64,000 bases of DNA from assembly GCF_963921235.1 (NCBI RefSeq), contig NC_086097.1, forward strand, positions 73,968,001 through 74,032,000, in the 5' to 3' direction. The DNA is from Mobula hypostoma (taxonomy: Eukaryota). Below, piece by piece: positions 50,601-61,896 of the stretch; the first letter of the stretch is position 1; every line of letters starts with the position of its first letter. The notes under the pieces were generated by a model. It was not told where the DNA came from and ran no database searches. It worked only from the letters and a program-made list of their open reading frames with translations. Both the position numbers and the translations under genes were made by a program.

Positions 50601-52560
50601 AAAGTATATATACCCACCACCTACAAAGTGGTGAGAGAAAAAAATATATATACACACACATACATATACAAGAAGAGCCTAGACACATCTATAGTTTAAG
50701 AACTTCCCAACATTGATCCCGGATTAAATAACACCTTCTCACATAAATGCACGTCTGATGTTTGAAACAAAAAAAATTGTTTCATCCTTTGTTTTTATTA
50801 GGCATTTTGCCCATCAGGCTATCTAATGATATACAGTCGTATTGTTTGATAAAGTTACTGGGAACTAATGGATTCATACTCATTAAAAACAATGGTTCAT
50901 TTTTTTTTACACACACACACACACACACATATACACATACATACACTTTCAGAGACCTGCATCATGCTAAAAGGATCAATTGCTTTCATTGCATAAAATT
51001 TTAATTGCTTGTGTCTATGAAATACCTAAATTAGTGAAAAAAGAAAATCCATGAACCTACATAAAAATCTTATCACCTCATGGTCAACAACAAATAAGAC
51101 AGCACAAACTGCATTGCAGAGCATGAAGTAAATGCGTTTCTCAAAGCAGCTAACAGTGAAACTTTTTCAAAATGCACTGCCTAAAACTTTTCATCAAGAG
51201 TTAAATTCTCCAACACTGTAAAGCTAAAAATGAGAAAGCTTATGAAAGTAAACTCTAGGTAGAAAAAAATAAAAGTATCTTCAAATATGAAAAGAATAAA
51301 AGAGATGAGGGAGTAGATATCAGACCGATGGAACCTGATGCTGGAAGGGTAGCAATGAGGGATAAGGAAATGGTTGACGAACTGAATAAATATTTTGCAT
51401 CAGTCTTCACTGTGGATGACACTAGCAGTATGTTGCAAGTTTAAGAGTGTCAGGGGGCAGTAGTGCGTGAAGTTGCCATTACTAGGGAGAAGGTGCTGAG
51501 GAAACTGAAAAGTCTGAAAGTAGTTAAATCACCTCCACTCTTCAAGAAGGGAGAGAGGCAGAAATTATAAGCCTGTTAGTCTGACCTCAGTGGCTTGGAA
51601 GATGTTGGATTTGATTGTAAAGGATGTGGTTTCATGGTACTTGGAGGCATATGATAAAAAAAGGCCGAATCAGCATGGTTTCATTAAGGAAAAATTGTGC
51701 CTGACAAATCTGTTGGAATTCTTTTAGGAAATAACAAGGAGGACAGATAAGCGAGAATTGGTGGTTGTTGAGTACATTCATTTTCAGATGGTTTTGACAA
51801 AGTGCCACACATGCAGCTGCTAAACAAGTTAAGATCGCATGGTATTACAGGAAAGATACAAGCATTGATAGAGCATTGGCTGATTAGCAGGAGGCAAATA
51901 GTGGGAATAAAGAGTCTTTTCTGGTTAGCTGCCAGTGATGAGTGGTGTTCCACAGGGGTCTGTGTTGGGACTGATTCTTTTTACACTACATTTCGATGAT
52001 TAGGATGATGGAATTGTTGGCCAAGTTTGACGATGATATGAAGATAGGTGGAAAGGCAGTATTTTTGAGGAAGCAGAGAGGATACAGAAGGACTTGACAG
52101 CTTAGGAGTATGAGCAAAGATGTGGCAGATGGAAAACAGTGTTGGGAAGTGTATGGTTATGCACCTTGGCAGAAGGAATAAAAGGGTAGACTATTTTCTT
52201 TCTTTCTTTCTTTTTAAATCTTTTTATTGAGTAAGTATACAAAAAAGGTAAGCCATATAAACATTAATACAATGTTAAAGTATAATAAAATTCCAAAAGA
52301 TAACAATACCAAAAAGAAAATACTACAAACAATGTAATTTAAGCATAAGAAACCAAGATAACATAATAGTATACTAGATTTTATATATATCAATGGAAAA
52401 AAAAGAAAAAAAAACCCCAAAAAAAAAACCCACCGTGCAACTAACTAAAAGCAAAGCAAAGCAATGGGCTAACTTGAAACCAAACAGAGTTAAACTTAAA
52501 ATCACGTCCTCAATCCCGACCTCCATTAAAACAATGAAGAAAAAACAAGAAGGGTAAATA

Positions 52561-55500
52561 TTACATTAAATGAAAATATCGAATAAAAGGTCCCCAAATC
52601 TGTTCAAATTTAAATGAAGAATCATAAAGGTTACTTCTAATTTTCTCCAGATTCAAACATAAAATCGTCTGAGAAAACCAAAAAAAGGTAGTTGGAGCAT
52701 TAAGCTCTTTCCAATGTTGTAAAATACATCTTTTCGCCATTAAAGTAAGAAATGCAATCATTCTACGGGCTGAAGGGGAAAGATTACTAGAAATTTTAGG
52801 TAGTCCAAAGATAGCAGTAATAGGGTGAGGAGAGATATCTATATTTAATACCTTAGAAATAATATTGAAAATATCTCTCCAAAAAGTTTCCAAAGTAGGG
52901 CAAGACCAAAACATATGAGTTAAAGAGGCTATCTGCCCCGAACATCTATCACAGAAAGGATTAATATGCGAGTAAAAACGCGCTAACTTATCTTTGGACA
53001 TATGTGCTCTATGAACCACTTTAAATTGAATTAGGGAATGTTTAGCACAAATAGAGGAAGTATTAACTAATTGTAAAATCTGCCCCCAATCATCCACAGA
53101 AATGGTAAGCCCCAATTCCTGTTCCCAATCTACCCTAATCTTATCAAATGGAGCTTTCCTAAGTTTCATAATAATATTATAAATCATAGCCGATGCACCT
53201 TTCTGACATGGATTAAGGTTAATTATCGAATCTAAAATATATATAGGAGGAAGCATTGGAAAGGAAGAAAGTATAGTACTTAGGAAATTTCTAACTTGTA
53301 AATATCTAAAAAAATGTATTCTTGATAAGTTATATTTATTAGATAATTGTTCAAAAGACATAAGGGAACCATCTAAAAATAAATCCAAAAACCGTAAAAT
53401 ACCCTTAGTCTTCCAAGTTTGAAAAGCGCGATCCGTAAAAGAGGGAGGAAAAAATATGTTACCTAAAATAGGAATCGCTAACCCGAATTGATTAAGATCA
53501 AAAAATTTTCTGAATTGAAACCAAATGCGCAAAGCATCTATCGGGTTAGAGACCTGCTTAAGGCGTTTCGAATCAAAAGGAAGAGAGGAACCTAAAATAG
53601 AACCAAGTGTATAACCCTGAACAGATTGTAATTCCAATGCTACCCATTTAGGAATAGATAGTATGTCCCGGTCAAGTAACCAAAATTTCATATGTCGAAT
53701 ATTAATAGCCCAATAATAAAATCTAAAGTTAGGTAATGCTAAACCTCCATCTCTCTTAGCTTTCTGTAAATGTATTTTACCCAGTCTCGGATTCTTATTC
53801 TGCCAAATAAATGAAGAAATTTTAGAGTCAACTTTATCAAAAAAAGATTTAGGAACGAAAATTGGTAATGCCTGAAACACATATAAAAATTTTGGCAAAA
53901 AAAACATCTTAACTGCATTAATACGACCAATCAAAGTTAAATATAAGGGAAACCATTTAGATGAAAGTTGAGTAATATGGTCTATTAATGGTAAAAAGTT
54001 AGTCTTAAATAAATCTTTATGTTTACAAGTAATTTTAATCCCAAGATATGAAAAGTAATTATTAATCAATTTAAATGGAAATTTATAATATAAGGGAAGA
54101 TGTTTATTAATCGGAAAAAGTTCACTCTTACTAAGATTTAATTTATAACCTGAGAAAAGACCAAATTGTGCTAATAACTCTAAAACAGCAGGAATGGATC
54201 TCTCAGGATTAGAAATATATAAAAGTAAATCATCAGCATAGAGTGATAATTTATGGGACTTTAATCCCCGAGTTATCCCAGTAATATTTGAAGATTCTCG
54301 AATAGCAATTGCAAGAGGTTCTAATGCAATATCAAATAATAGGGGACTAAGAGGACAGCCTTGTCGAGTACCACGAAAGAGAGGAAAAAAAGGTGAGTTT
54401 AAGGAGTTAGTACGAACCGAGGCTACAGGGGAGTGATATAACAGTTTAATCCAGGATATAAATTTCAAGCTAAAATTAAACATTTCAAGCACCTTAAATA
54501 AATAAGGCCATTCTACTCTATCAAAAGCTTTCTCGGCATCTAAAGAAATAACACACTCAGGAACATTTTGTGAGGGAGTATAAACGATATTTAACAATGT
54601 ACGAATATTATAAAAAGAGTAACGACCTTTAATAAAACCCGTTTGGTCTTCCGAAATAATAGAAGGAAGTACTTTTTCTAGTCTATTTGCTAATAACTTA
54701 GAAAAAACTTTAGAATCAACATTTAATAAAGATATTGGTCTATAAGATGCACATTGAGCAGGGTCTTTATCCTTCTTTAGTATTAAAGAAATTGATGCTC
54801 TATTAAAAGATTCCGGAAGTTTACCAAGTTTCAAAGAAGCCTCAAAAACCTTATAGAGCCAAGGAATCAATAAAGAAGCAAAACATTTATAAAATTCAAC
54901 GGTAAACCCATCAGGGCCAGGAGCTTTCCCCAGATTCATAGAAAAAATAACATTCTTAATCTCATCCATTGTAATGGAAGTATCTAATAAAGAAGACATA
55001 TCCTGTGAAATCTGAGGGAAGTCTAACTTATCTAAAAAATCATTCATATATTTAGAATCTCGAGGAGACTCTGATTGATATAAAGAAGAATAAAAATCAC
55101 AAAAGGTTTGATTAATCCCCACATGATCCAATATCAATCGATCATTTTGGTTATAAATCTGATTGATTTGAGATTTAACATAATTAGATTTCAATTGATT
55201 AGCCAGCAGCTTGCCAATTTTATCACTGTGAACATAAAAATCACTTCTTGTTTTCTTTAATTGGTTTACAATCGAGGACGAGAGTAGTAAACTGTGTTCC
55301 ATTTGAAGTTCAGTTCTTTGTTTGTATAGCTCCTCAGAAGGAGCCATAACATATTTCTTATCAATTTCTTTAATCTTGTCCACAATTGCCATCTCCTCCT
55401 GCTTCTGTTTCTTCCTCAAAGCAACGGAATACGAAATAATCTGACCCCGAATATAGGCTTTAAAAGTGTCCCAAAGAGTGTTAACCGAAATATCTTCTGT

Positions 55501-56331
55501 ATGGTTAATTGTAAAAAAAAGCTCAATCTGTTCATTCATAAAATTAACAAAGTCCGAGTCCTGAAGCAACAGCGAATTAAAACGCCATTGTCTATTGTTT
55601 GGTATATTGGCCATAATTTTAATAGAAAGCTTAAGTGGAGCATGATCCGAAATGGTTATAGAATCATAATCACATTTAATCACTGAAGGAATGAGACGAG
55701 AATCAATGAAAAAATAATCAATTCTTGAATAGGAATGATGAACATGTGAAAAGAAGGAAAAATCTTTTTCCTGAGGATGCAGAAAACGCCAAATGTCCGT
55801 CGACCCAGAATCAGAAAGGAAAAAATTAATCAAATTTGCAGATTTATTAGGTAAAGTCCGTAAAGGAGCCGAACGGTCCAAAGCTGGAGATAAACAGGTA
55901 TTAAGATCTCCGCCCCAAATCAATGAAAACTCGTTCAAATTCGGAAACTGATCAAACAATGATTTATAAAATTCCGGACAATCCATATTAGGAGCATAAA
56001 CATTAACCAAAACTACTTTTTTATTAAATAGTAAACCACTAACCAATAAAAATCTACCATTCGGATCAGAGATAATATCCTGTTGTATAAAAGTAACTGA
56101 GGAGTCTATAAAAATAGAGACGCCTCGAATCTTAGCATTGGAGTTCGAATGAAATTGTTGTCCCTTCCAGAATTTGAAAAAACGTAGTCTGTCCCCCCTC
56201 CGTACATGGGTCTCTTGTAAAAATAAAATTTGTGCTTTAAGTCTCCGGAACACTTTAAAAACTTTTTTCCTTTTAATAGGATGATTAAGACCATTAGTAT
56301 TCCAGGAGACAAAATTAATAATAGACTCCAT
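52561..56331 (-). CDS. L1 ORF2p: APE endonuclease, reverse transcriptase and CCHC domain (1256 aa from ATG 56331)
   Basis: SWNTNGL, LQETH, GGDLN, SDH; RQGCPLSP, YADD; CDRC..HMFWSC; no stops or frameshifts. Confidence 0.97.
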   Translation of the reverse strand: MESIINFVSWNTNGLNHPIKRKKVFKVFRRLKAQILFLQETHVRRGDRLRFFKFWKGQQFHSNSNAKIRGVSIFIDSSVTFIQQDIISDPNGRFLLVSGLLFNKKVVLVNVYAPNMDCPEFYKSLFDQFPNLNEFSLIWGGDLNTCLSPALDRSAPLRTLPNKSANLINFFLSDSGSTDIWRFLHPQEKDFSFFSHVHHSYSRIDYFFIDSRLIPSVIKCDYDSITISDHAPLKLSIKIMANIPNNRQWRFNSLLLQDSDFVNFMNEQIELFFTINHTEDISVNTLWDTFKAYIRGQIISYSVALRKKQKQEEMAIVDKIKEIDKKYVMAPSEELYKQRTELQMEHSLLLSSSIVNQLKKTRSDFYVHSDKIGKLLANQLKSNYVKSQINQIYNQNDRLILDHVGINQTFCDFYSSLYQSESPRDSKYMNDFLDKLDFPQISQDMSSLLDTSITMDEIKNVIFSMNLGKAPGPDGFTVEFYKCFASLLIPWLYKVFEASLKLGKLPESFNRASISLILKKDKDPAQCASYRPISLLNVDSKVFSKLLANRLEKVLPSIISEDQTGFIKGRYSFYNIRTLLNIVYTPSQNVPECVISLDAEKAFDRVEWPYLFKVLEMFNFSLKFISWIKLLYHSPVASVRTNSLNSPFFPLFRGTRQGCPLSPLLFDIALEPLAIAIRESSNITGITRGLKSHKLSLYADDLLLYISNPERSIPAVLELLAQFGLFSGYKLNLSKSELFPINKHLPLYYKFPFKLINNYFSYLGIKITCKHKDLFKTNFLPLIDHITQLSSKWFPLYLTLIGRINAVKMFFLPKFLYVFQALPIFVPKSFFDKVDSKISSFIWQNKNPRLGKIHLQKAKRDGGLALPNFRFYYWAINIRHMKFWLLDRDILSIPKWVALELQSVQGYTLGSILGSSLPFDSKRLKQVSNPIDALRIWFQFRKFFDLNQFGLAIPILGNIFFPPSFTDRAFQTWKTKGILRFLDLFLDGSLMSFEQLSNKYNLSRIHFFRYLQVRNFLSTILSSFPMLPPIYILDSIINLNPCQKGASAMIYNIIMKLRKAPFDKIRVDWEQELGLTISVDDWGQILQLVNTSSICAKHSLIQFKVVHRAHMSKDKLARFYSHINPFCDRCSGQIASLTHMFWSCPTLETFWRDIFNIISKVLNIDISPHPITAIFGLPKISSNLSPSARRMIAFLTLMAKRCILQHWKELNAPTTFFWFSQTILCLNLEKIRSNLYDSSFKFEQIWGPFIRYFHLM

Positions 56332-57051
56332 AAATCCTAAAGTCAACCCATAACAAGGAGGATTGACAATAGGCGCGACCCACAAACCCGGAGAGGAAAC
56401 AGAACATACAAAAGATACCGGGGAAAAGGACGCAACCAATACTTCAATAATGTATATAGCCCAAAGAGAAACAAACTAAAACGTGAAGCCCCTCCCACCA
56501 CCCCCCACCCCAAGACCCCAAGGCGAAATCTAAAGCAGACCCGCCAGAAAGAAGCAAGCGCTAAAACTACCCCCATGACTTCCGGTATACGCTCCCTAAA
56601 AAAAAGGTATAAATATGAAAAGGATCAGCTAATTGTAAAACAGTAAAAAAATAAGTAAAAAAAAGTTAGCTCAATTAAAATACACACAGAACAGAACAAA
56701 AGCCGGAAAGTATATATTAAAAAAAAAACCACAATAAACCTCAAACTCATGAATAGACACAGCAACAAAAAAAATAGGATTATTAACATAAAATGATTAT
56801 AAAAAGCAAAACAGAATAAAATTTAAAAAAAAACTACAAAATTTAAGGCCGCACAGGAAATACGTAAGATGACAAAAGGGAAGTAACCACCCAGAATCCC
56901 CTAAAAGAAAGAAATGACGCAGTTAAAAAGAAAGTTTAGCAGCCATATTAAGAAATCGAAAGTAAACTTTTCTGCCCAAATAGGGCACAGAAAAGTTAAA
57001 ACCAACCAATTCACAGCCTCCGATCAACGGAGAAAATTAAAAAAAAGGCAA

Positions 57052-57951
57052 TTAAGATGTTGAAGATGAAAGTTGATCCAGATAACTCTGGGCATCCGAT
57101 GGAGAATCAAAAAAACGAAGGGCTCCATCTAACATGCGAATCCTTAGACGTGCAGGGTACAGCAGCGCTGGTCTTAAATCCATCTTATAGAATTCCGACA
57201 TCACGGATCTGTAACGGACCCGTTGGTCCCAGATTGGTTTACTGAAATCTTCCACGAATCGGAACTTAAGATCCGAAAAATCAATGAAACCTTTAGATCG
57301 AGCGAATCGAAACAGTCTCTCCTTGTCTTGAAAGTAATGAAAACGTAAGATAACATGCCTAGGTCTATCTGACCTAGACGAGTATGATGGGATTCTGTGA
57401 ACACGATCCAGTAGCGGTGGTTGGTCAGGAAATACAGTAGGGAATGCATCTTTTAAAAGTTGGGAGAAATATTTCATAGGGTTGTTAGCTTCCACGGCTT
57501 CCCTGACGCCAATCATTCGTAAATTCTGCCGTCGCATTCTAGATTCCAAGTCAGAGTTTTTAAAAGTCAAAAAGTCAAGTTTCTTCTTCATTACATTAAT
57601 TGTTTCTTCGATTTTCCCCATCTTAAGCTCACTTTGTTGCGCGGATTTTTGAAGATCAGATATAGCCGACTGATGTTCCGCAATACATGTTTGCATCTTA
57701 TCAATTAAATCGGCAATTTTCTGGAACTTAGTTGAGATTTCCGTATGAATCAGGTCTTTAACAAAGCCCACAATTTCTGTACGAATCATCTCCCTAACAG
57801 AGGTTGAAATTTCCCTCTGAATTAACTCCGCTATCGCTTTCAAAGTCACCGGTGATTCAGTCGGAGGGAGATCCGTAGCTTTCGGTTTAACCGGAGGTTT
57901 ACCATCCTTGCCGTCTTTCCCGTTCTTAGACATAGCCGATCTCAGTATCAT
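57052..57951 (-). CDS. L1 ORF1p (coiled coil, RRM, CTD)
   Basis: Heptad-like region, then DLESRMRRQNLRMIGVRE, LDRVHR, PRHVILRFH, EDFS, LLYPARLRI; open 299 aa. Confidence 0.93.
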   Translation of the reverse strand: MILRSAMSKNGKDGKDGKPPVKPKATDLPPTESPVTLKAIAELIQREISTSVREMIRTEIVGFVKDLIHTEISTKFQKIADLIDKMQTCIAEHQSAISDLQKSAQQSELKMGKIEETINVMKKKLDFLTFKNSDLESRMRRQNLRMIGVREAVEANNPMKYFSQLLKDAFPTVFPDQPPLLDRVHRIPSYSSRSDRPRHVILRFHYFQDKERLFRFARSKGFIDFSDLKFRFVEDFSKPIWDQRVRYRSVMSEFYKMDLRPALLYPARLRIRMLDGALRFFDSPSDAQSYLDQLSSSTS

Positions 57952-58782
57952 CCAATTGTCAGAGAATTCAGTTTAATTCAAAGTATTGTAAAAATTGATG
58001 CCTTAATAGTTAATTAAAGTATAGCTGACCATAGAGAGAAAAAACTCAGAGGTAATGGAGCGAGTCAAGAACACGACTTCACTCCATGAGCGCTACCGGA
58101 AGTCTCCCGACTATTTTCTAAATGGAGAGGAAATTCAAAAATCTGAGGAGCAAAGGGACTGCAGAATCCTCGTGCAGGATTCCCAGATGGTTAACTTGTA
58201 GGTTGAGTCAGTGGTGAGGAAGGCAAATACAATGTTAGCATTCATTTTGAGAGGACTTGAATATAAAACCAAGGATGTAATGTTGAGGCTTTATAAGGCA
58301 CTGGTAAGACCTCACATGGAGAATTCTAAGCAATTTTGAGTCCCTGTCTAAGAAAGGATGAGCCGACTTTGGAGAGGGTTCAAAAGAGGCTCATGAAAAT
58401 GATTCCAAGATTGAACGGCTTACCACATGAGCAGTGTTTTATGGCTCTGGATCTGTACTCAATGTAATTTAGAATAATTAGGAGAGATCTCATTGAAACC
58501 TATCAAATGTTGAAAGGCCTCAACAGAGTGGATGTGGAGAGGATGTTTCATATGGTGGGGGAAATAGGGCACAGACTCAGAATAGAGGGACGTCCATTTT
58601 GAATGGAGATGAGGAGGAATTTCTTTAGCCAGTTAGCAGTCAATCTATGGAATTCGTTGTGGAGGCCAAATCACAGGGTATACCTAATGCAAAGGTTGAT
58701 AAATTCTTGATGAGTCAGGGCATGAACGGTTATGGGGAGAAGGCAGGAGACTGGATCTGTGAGGGAATTGGATTAGCCATGA

Positions 58783-59575
58783 GGGCAGAGTTTAGGAGAG
58801 ACAATGGTGCCTAACGACAACTTCTTTGCTTGCATCTTCGGAAACAGCTCTATTTCTATCCTTAATATCTCTATTTTTCCCTTTCTTTTGAAGACCCTGA
58901 CTTCAGTTCTTTGCAGGAATAGGACCCGCTCTCATGTTCTCACAACTGGCCATTATTTGATATACCAAGGATGTGGCTTAGCTCGCCTTCGGAGTTTTGG
59001 GATTTTGTGGCTCTGGAGGCGGGCTGACTTGAGGTCGGTGCCTGTGCAGGAAATCAGTGCTTCATGGGAGATGGAAGATCTCTGGCTGTGTGCCCAGAGA
59101 CCAGAGTTCTTTGGGCACAGAGCTTGGAAAAAGCAATGCAGCAGACTTTTAACATTGTAAATCAGTGAGTTGTTTGTTATGTCTCCGCTCTTGCTGTTAA
59201 ACGGAGACACCTCTTTTTCCATTATTAGAGAGAGAGAGAGAGAGAGAGCCTGTGGTATGTTGAATACCAGGTGAACGAGTAGTCTTTGGGTTACTGTAAG
59301 TCTGTGCCTTTATTGATGCTTTGCTACATGCTTGAGTGCTCGGTGGGGGGTGCTGATGCTTTTTTTTTGCTGATGGGGAGGGGTGATCGTTGCTTTGCTG
59401 CTTCTTATGCGTGGAAGGGGGGAGCTGAGGGGAGCTTTGGGGTTCTAACATTTAAATGTCATTCATTCTTTGGGGCACTCCTCTGTTTTTGTGGATAGTT
59501 GTGAAGAAAAAGAATTTCAGTATGTATATTTGTATATGTTTCTCAGACATTAAATGTACCTTTGAAACCTTTGAA
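58783..59575 (+). mobile_element. Non-coding, non-autonomous retroelement with a Rex-type 3' tail
   Basis: Interrupts the CR1 3' end between 'ttagccatga' and 'tggtggagcagactc'; internal (GA)n; ends 'cattaaatgtacctttgaaacctttgaaa'. Confidence 0.6.
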
Positions 59576-61025
59576 ATGGTGGAGCAGACTCAAAGGGCCA
59601 AATGGCCTATTTCTGCTCCTGTACCTTATGGTCATAATCTTTATTTTATCCTTTTTAATTCTGGCTAAGCTTACTTTCTATATCTAAGACTGTTTTCCCC
59701 ATTAACTATAAAGGCATTCACAAAACCAAGGAAAGAGAAAAAAAATAGATGAGCAAAGCCATTGTTGTTAGTGCCTTGGTGGATCATTTTCTCAATGCTT
59801 GAACTTGCTTCAGCGAACCATGAAATCTTAAAAAAAAAATTGGAATTATTTCCATTCTAAGTAATAAGAAACTGTTATTGCACCTCAGCTCACTTTCAAA
59901 AACCTTTTTATGTTTAGACTTGTAGTGAGTACAGACTGAAAATATTTTACCAGTGTTCAAAAGAGGATAGTATTATATTTCAAAGTTTAAGTCTTATAGG
60001 TGATTCTGGTATGTTCTACTCTTTTTTTTTGGATGCTGTTTTGAGATGGTACGGATTTGAAATGAAAAACAGTATCATCCTCAGATATCTGTCCTGCTTT
60101 CTCTGTTTCTAGTGGGACCGAGCCAAGTTTATACTGAGGTACATTGGATTGTTGCTACCCTGAGCGTAATGTATAGCAAAAGTGGCATAATACTGACTGT
60201 ATCTTCTGAAGAGCTAGGAATATGTTGGGAGTGACAGAAATCATAAACTTTTTCATTGAAGGAAACATTTCAATGTTTTGGGTGAAAATCAAGACAGCAA
60301 TATCAACTTAACATCTATTTTTCAAAAGCTATAATAAGCAAGACATCTGTTGTTACTGTTCCTTTGACAGCAAGCTTTTACACAAACTATGTCCGGAAAT
60401 CTGAATTGGCAGCAGACAGACATTAGAAATTTGGAAGCTCATATGGGGGGTTAAGGCCAGATTTCAGTTTCCCCTACTTCTTTACAGCAGTAAAGGCATA
60501 TATAATACAAGCTATTCAATAATTTAAAAAGAGTGAATGAGAATAAGCATGATAAAGAATAAGCTGCCATGGTACAGGAAAATAAAGTGACTGAAACTGA
60601 TGGGATTGGTATAGAATTGAGGGACTGAATGGCCTCTTTTTATCAGAATAAATACTGTTTCCTGAAATACTGTGCTCTTGTTTTAGGCAGGATCAAGAAT
60701 AACATTCTGCATCATTATTCTGTTTATTTTTCTTCTTTTGATCGTAAAAGGATTAGTTACATTGAACCTGTTTTTCAATATCCTGAAAACAACCCATTGT
60801 ACATTGTTACAAGTCAGAGTAAATTAATTTATTACCTATTTTATAGGGAGTAGCCTAGTAATTGTATACATGAATACATGATTGTCAGATTTAAGGATGA
60901 TTTAGAAAGATGCAATGTTTTACGTCCCTTTCAACTTGGTTAATATTTTGCAATCTAAGAGTATTCATGTTCATGAAATAGTAAAATTCATCAGTCAAAA
61001 TGGTCCTATGCAGCATTTCCATTAC

Positions 61026-61155
61026 CTTGCAGGTGGGTTTAGGTTGAAGTAGGATTGATACACTGAGTTTATGGTGCCAAAATCCGTTATGTCCTTTATA
61101 TACAGGTGAAGCAGAATAATATCTGATAACGTGTAATCTTTCATTTTCAATTCCA
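61026..61155 (-). CDS. DPH6: DPH6 coding exon (core of Rid-like domain 1)
   Basis: ttttattgtAG acceptor, GTAATG donor; 130 nt, phase 1/2; (V)ELKMKDYTLSDIILLHLYIKDITDFGTINSVYQSYFNLNPPA(R). Read by hand; the ORF track shows a different frame. Confidence 0.93.
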
Positions 61156-61773
61156 CTACAATAAAACAGAACAAACTTCAATCAAGTCAAAAATTTACAT
61201 TAATATATTCTGAAGGAACTTTCCACATAACATTTATTTTCTCTCTTTGTTCTGATCTGGAAAGATGGAACAATGTTGTTAAACATTTATGCTGCAATAC
61301 AGAAACCACTATTGGAGAATGCCACTGCAAATGTAGAATGTATTTATGCTGATATATATCTTTATTTCATATAAGCCATTTATGCTGTAAATGTCAATTT
61401 TGTTAAGACTTGAAGTGTTAGCACCATTTTACCCTAATTCCCAGAATGTGATTATAATTATCGTTATTCCACAGAACATAACAAAAGAGAGGTGATACAG
61501 TATCTTATGCCAAATTCAAATATTCCGGTATCTCTAGATCAGTCATATACATCATTACTTTGGGGAAAATCAGCTGTAAGCGTTTTTTTTCCCACTGATA
61601 ATAGGATGTTTGATCTTAGCAAGATATCGTTCTAATGTTGAGGACTATTTCCAAACCTGCCTCTATAATCCTGTTAGATGAAATGCATTATTTGAATAAT
61701 TTTTAAACAATTGTAATAAACCAGATTACTATAACTTTTAACAGTTAAAATATAAAAATTATAAAGGAACTAC

Positions 61774-61896
61774 CTTGTAACAATGAAAATAACTGCCTTG
61801 ACACATCATTAATGCTTTTTCCTTCCATGGGAAAAGTTGGCCCACTAATCCAATGGTAGCCACTTTTCGTTTTCCCAGACCAATGATTTAACTTTA
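61774..61896 (-). CDS. DPH6: DPH6 coding exon (start of Rid-like domain 1)
   Basis: ttttctttcAG acceptor, GTAGTT donor; 123 nt, phase 1/1, open: KLNHWSGKTKSGYHWISGPTFPMEGKSINDVSRQLFSLLQ; phase fits the next exon. Confidence 0.8.

Larger units (their letters stand above)
52200..58108 (-). mobile_element. Full-length intact L1-clade LINE
   Basis: 11-bp TSD GACTATTTTCT (52189-52199, 58109-58119); 5' end GGGAGACTTCCGGT; ORF1, 720-bp spacer, ORF2; AATAAA at 52223-52228; (GAAA)n tail. Confidence 0.97.
51290..59640 (+). mobile_element. Old CR1 LINE split by the L1 (52200-58108) and by a non-autonomous element (58783-59575)
   Basis: CR1 ORF2 remnants at 51290-52199 continue at 58120 (compare the uninterrupted 'gactattttctaaatggagag' near 48757) and finish at 59576-59640. 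Confidence 0.85.

Noticed and set aside
56332..56439. 36-aa N-terminal extension of L1 ORF2 in the ORF track
   Set aside because: It starts at a non-ATG codon in the spacer; the endonuclease domain begins right after ATG 56331.
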